From Capsulimonadales bacterium (GTDB taxonomy: Bacteria; Armatimonadota; Armatimonadia; Armatimonadales; Armatimonadaceae), in assembly GCA_033762295.1 (NCBI GenBank), contig JANRLW010000059.1, forward strand, positions 1 through 30,928: a stretch of DNA of 30,928 nucleotides. The letters are read 5' to 3'. Shown here piece by piece: positions 28,294 through 30,928 of the stretch. The number at the start of each line of letters is the position of its first letter. The first letter of the stretch is position 1. The translations under genes and the position numbers were made by a program. The notes below the pieces were generated by a model. It saw nothing but the letters and a program-made list of their open reading frames with translations. It was not told where the DNA came from and made no database searches.

Positions 28294-28339
28294 ATTATAT
28301 AATCATCGATTGGCGAGAATTTGTTAAGATAAGGTTAAA
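28294..28339 (-). promoter_or_regulatory. Putative Pho-box-like promoter for the prepilin-like/phytase genes
   Basis: Minus strand: TTTAACCT-tat-CTTAACAA-att-CTCGCCAA, then 10 bp, then TATAAT (28299-28294). No recognisable -35. Confidence 0.55.
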
Positions 28340-28782
28340 TTTTTCTTTTTTTTCGAACGAGGGTTGTTTTCGGGAGGGAGTTTCGGCGACCAGGCGGAAC
28401 ATGGTTGGAAATCTCTCCACGCCGGCGTCCGTCGGCTTTTTTTGGCCGATTGTTCGATCCTGACTCGGGTCGCAAACCCGTTCGATCCGGACGCGAGCGT
28501 TTCGTGATTCCGGTGGACCGGCACAATCGTCAGCAGGCGAAAGGAAGGGATTGGCAGCAAGCGACAACGCGATCGATTCTATAGCCTGCATTCGTTACGA
28601 ATGAAAATGTAGCCGTGTTCGCTTCTCGGCTTCATTCATTGAACCATTGTCGGAATTGTTCCGTTAGCGCCATTTGCTTCCTATCGGCTTTATATTTTGT
28701 GCGGCAGGCATTCGAGGGATGGGCAAAACTTTGATGACCGAACTCGCATTTCGGACCGAATCTATCGCCCCGAAGGCGATCT

Positions 28783-29181
28783 TTATTCGCCGACGAAGGA
28801 AATAATGCCCGGTTGCCGTTTTACCATGCCGTGTTCGAAGACCCAACGCCAGATTTGCCCGTCTTCACCGGCCATTCGGATCTCGCTTCCGGGTGCGACA
28901 AAAGGAGCGATACTTTCAAAAATTGAGGATTCGTCGCCGAGCTTCTCCCCGGTAAAGAAGAGTGAGACGATATTTTCTTCGTCATCCAACTCGGGTTCCC
29001 AGCGCACTGCCTTCAACGCCGCGACGAGGTCGGTGGAGGATCGAAATTCGGCGGAATTTAGGAAAGGAAACGTATCCTCCCCTCGGGTCACCACCAGCTT
29101 CTTGATTGCCTCGAAAGCCGCCGCCTGCCGGCTTTTTTCGATGGTTGCCTTCCCCTTCAGCAAGAAAACGACGTATCCCAT
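28783..29181 (-). CDS. Hypothetical protein, putative immunity protein for the upstream toxin fragment
   Basis: Intact 132-aa ORF ('FTGEKLGDE..FESIAPFVAPGSEIRMAGEDGQIWRWVF') starting 12 nt after the stop of the toxin-like fragment. Confidence 0.65.
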   Translation of the reverse strand: MGYVVFLLKGKATIEKSRQAAAFEAIKKLVVTRGEDTFPFLNSAEFRSSTDLVAALKAVRWEPELDDEENIVSLFFTGEKLGDESSIFESIAPFVAPGSEIRMAGEDGQIWRWVFEHGMVKRQPGIISFVGE

Positions 29182-29193
29182 TTGTGCACCAGA

Positions 29194-29330
29194 TTACGGT
29201 TGAATTAGGCCAAGAAGCTCGCGAAGATTGGACGTTCCCAAACCACCTGCCGCTTCGATATCTCTGATCGCGAACTTTCCCAGCTTGGGCGACTACCCGA
29301 TGATGACCTTCCCCGGATCGGGTGTATGAG
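29194..29330 (-). pseudogene. Toxin C-terminal remnant (possibly restriction-endonuclease fold) with an internal stop
   Basis: Manual translation HTPDPGKVIIG*SPKLGKFAIRDIEAAGGLGTSNLRELLGLIQP*. It has no start codon and TAG at 29295-29293. From memory it resembles RHS toxin ends of the 'VIGYxPKL...IExAGG' type. Confidence 0.5.
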
Positions 29331-29650
29331 TTACTGTGTTTTACTGGGCAATAACCTGACACGATGATTGTCTAAATAGTCTAATAATTTCCACATTGGC
29401 ACATAAAGGAGTTCTAAGGGCAACCAAATACCGTAGTATCCTTCGCAACGTTGCCGCACCTCTATGATGTCTACTATATATATGTAATCAAAATCATACT
29501 CATCAATGACGAATGCAGGCAGGTAATCAAGATCACCTACAACAAAAAAACTCAAATAACTGAATGCAACGCGCCGTGATTTGCGGGCTGTTACTCTTAT
29601 CAAAGATAAGAGATGTATATATAGTTATGGCAGTTGAGTATAGTTTCCAT
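29331..29650 (-). pseudogene. AT-rich small ORF, putative orphan immunity gene, apparently frameshifted
   Basis: ATG at 29650 (METILNCHNYI) is 47 nt from the 90-aa frame. Removing one TA from the TATATATA run (29616-29623) joins them into a ~105-aa ORF. Confidence 0.4.
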
Positions 29651-29662
29651 TGTTGAGAGAAT

Positions 29663-29902
29663 TTATAACATTGCGTGGTTGATAAGCCAGTCTATCTGCC
29701 ACATCGCCTCTTGAAAGAAGTCTTCCAGTTCATCTTTTAATACCCAGTAGTCATGACCGTTATTAGACGTGAAGTCCCACGTGTCTGATGTTAGTACCAG
29801 ATAGCCGCCTGTGTTATATACATCATCTTGCACAAGGACGTAAGGCTCTGCTTCACCTTCATTGAGAATGCGCCCTTTTACACCAACAGGAATATTTGTC
29901 AT
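29663..29902 (-). CDS. Small acidic protein, putative cognate immunity protein
   Basis: 79 aa, 'GRIL..G....YVLVQDD..NTGGYLVLTS......DYWV....LEDFFQEAMWQIDWL'. Starts 3 nt after the toxin stop. Confidence 0.7.
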   Translation of the reverse strand: MTNIPVGVKGRILNEGEAEPYVLVQDDVYNTGGYLVLTSDTWDFTSNNGHDYWVLKDELEDFFQEAMWQIDWLINHAML

Positions 29903-29905
29903 AAT

Positions 29906-30308
29906 TCAGTTCACAATCCGGACATGATTATTGACAATTGGCACTCTTCCACCGGGCCGATATACCTCAAAATGAACATGAGGAACACCAGGATCATGGT
30001 TCCCTGTTATCGAATTTGGGTCAATGCGGAATTGTCGTAAACCATCAGCACTCCGGTAAACACCGCTGCCCGCATTACCTATTTCACGGTAGCCCGGTCC
30101 CAAGAACTGCGCTGCACCTTCTAACGCTTCGTTTGCTGTTAAATATGTGCGCTCGTGATATGGCCTCGTCCGGCAAGCGTCTCAGCAATAACGTCGCCAC
30201 AATTGTTGTGAACCCAGATACCGCCGTTCGCTTTGCCGACGAAATAGGTATGGTCACCTTCGACTTAGGTGGTCAGACTGTTCTGTAATCGCCGGGATTT
30301 TCTGTGAA
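29906..30308 (-). pseudogene. Orphan polymorphic toxin tip: pretoxin Hint C-terminus plus putative RNase toxin domain, frameshifted
   Basis: VEGDHTYFVGKANGGIWVHN-NCGDVIAETLAGRGHITSAH (30264 to ~30146), then a one-base frameshift near 30143 into LTANEALEGAAQFLGPGYREIGNAGSGVYRSADGLRQFRIDPNSITGNHDPGVPHVHFE...NNHVRIVN*. Confidence 0.8.
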
Positions 30309-30313
30309 ATGCA

Positions 30314-30562
30314 TCACGCCGACGAAACAAGGGGCCAGGGAAGAATTTCATGATATTCGAACTCCGCTTGATAGTCTGTATCACTCGAACCTATCCATCT
30401 AATTATGTTATCAGCAAGTGTGCCTACACCGTAACGAACATCTTCGTTCTTTAACCAGACGGTATCGCATTCATCGCAAATGTACGAACAAATTTGTATT
30501 TTGCGAATTGTGATGCGATATAGACTTCCTTGACCACAATATGGGCAGGCTTGTTCGCTCAT
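30314..30562 (-). CDS. Small Zn-ribbon (CPxC...CDEC) protein, putative immunity protein
   Basis: 82 aa, 'CPYCGQG...YICDECDTVW'. Starts 2 nt after the stop of the toxin fragment. Confidence 0.7.
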   Translation of the reverse strand: MSEQACPYCGQGSLYRITIRKIQICSYICDECDTVWLKNEDVRYGVGTLADNIIRWIGSSDTDYQAEFEYHEILPWPLVSSA

Positions 30563-30564
30563 TT

Positions 30565-30738
30565 TTATCGGAAAGAAAATGCCGTAATAATGTCACTTGT
30601 CCCCCGACGCACAACTATGCGAAGGTTGGTTTCTCGGTTCGTACCTATAACGCGCCCCATCGGAACGTTGAAGACCTCGTTACCGTTTGGTTGCATCACA
30701 ACGGCTCCGCGCATCCCCCATGCTTCATCACGTGTTCT
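30565..30738 (-). pseudogene. Toxin C-terminal fragment (EndoU/BECR-like RNase end) cut off by IS630
   Basis: Manual translation RTRDEAWGMRGAVVMQPNGNEVFNVPMGRVIGTNRETNLRIVVRRGTSDIITAFSFR*. The end resembles a degenerate 'IITAFP' motif typical of RNase toxin tips. Confidence 0.65.
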
Positions 30739-30928
30739 AAGTAGTTATCCAAAAGAAATGCGGTAGCGTCCTCCCACGTTATCGAGTACCGAGCGAACGC
30801 TCTGGCACAGGAAAGGGAAACTTCGGTAGGCATCCAAACCCAGCCACCGATACTTCACCTGACGCCAGAGCACCTCGATCCTGTTTAACTCAGGACGATA
30901 CGGCGGCAGAAACAACAACCGCAACCCT
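30738..30928 (-). mobile_element. IS630-family insertion sequence, right end (continues beyond the window)
   Basis: The transposase 3' end is followed immediately by CTACT-TA. The TA at 30739-30738 fits the IS630 TA target site. Confidence 0.8.
30745..30927 (-). CDS. IS630-family transposase, C-terminal part (5' outside the window)
   Basis: GLRLLFLPPYRPELNRIEVLWRQVKYRWLGLDAYRSF...VLDNVGGRYRISFG* matches the IS630 'LPPYSPELNPIExxW' motif. Confidence 0.9.
   Translation of the reverse strand, partial: GLRLLFLPPYRPELNRIEVLWRQVKYRWLGLDAYRSFPFLCQSVRSVLDNVGGRYRISFG

Noticed and set aside
28279..28303. Plus-strand promoter TTGCAA...TATAAT
   Set aside because: The spacer is only 13 bp and there is no credible downstream plus-strand gene. 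The TATAAT is part of the palindrome ATTATATAAT used for the minus-strand promoter call.
28697..30766. Plus-strand ORFs in the low-GC island (28697-29203, 29938-30288, 30530-30766 and similar)
   Set aside because: All recognisable motifs and the tight stop-start coupling are on the minus strand.
1..30928. CRISPR array, tRNA or rRNA genes
   Set aside because: No regularly spaced 25-45-bp repeats and no cloverleaf or rRNA signatures were seen. The 'ttcgatccc' at 9691 lacks the other tRNA arms.

Overview
GC-rich bacterial chromosome segment, most likely Armatimonadota (inferred from the '[32 protein letters not shown]' prepilin-like/H-X9-DG gene and overall gene content). Positions 1-28212 are housekeeping and metabolic genes: partial sua5, a BaiN/HI0933 flavoprotein, FKBP PPIase, an orphan MalK-type ATPase, SprT-like protease, GNAT, metallophosphoesterase, beta-helix protein, glnA plus a beta-barrel porin, GH52, a geranylgeranyl reductase-like gene, a TraF-like OMP, metG, ftsY, a CrtC/AttH-like gene, a sugar isomerase, GT4-asnB, phytase and a prepilin-like gene. 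From about 28230 GC drops sharply. Manual minus-strand translation of 28783-30928 shows an array of polymorphic-toxin C-terminal tips and candidate immunity genes. All three toxin tips are broken (IS630 insertion, frameshift, nonsense codon), one is preceded by a pretoxin Hint (intein-like) end, and three of the four candidate immunity genes are intact. Non-coding highlights: a six-unit ~11-bp repeat ladder merging into a perfect sigma70 promoter of glnA; structured glnA and porin leaders sharing several motifs in the same order; a Pho-box-like repeat upstream of the prepilin-like/phytase pair; and several apparently leaderless genes. All family calls come from motif recognition, not database searches.
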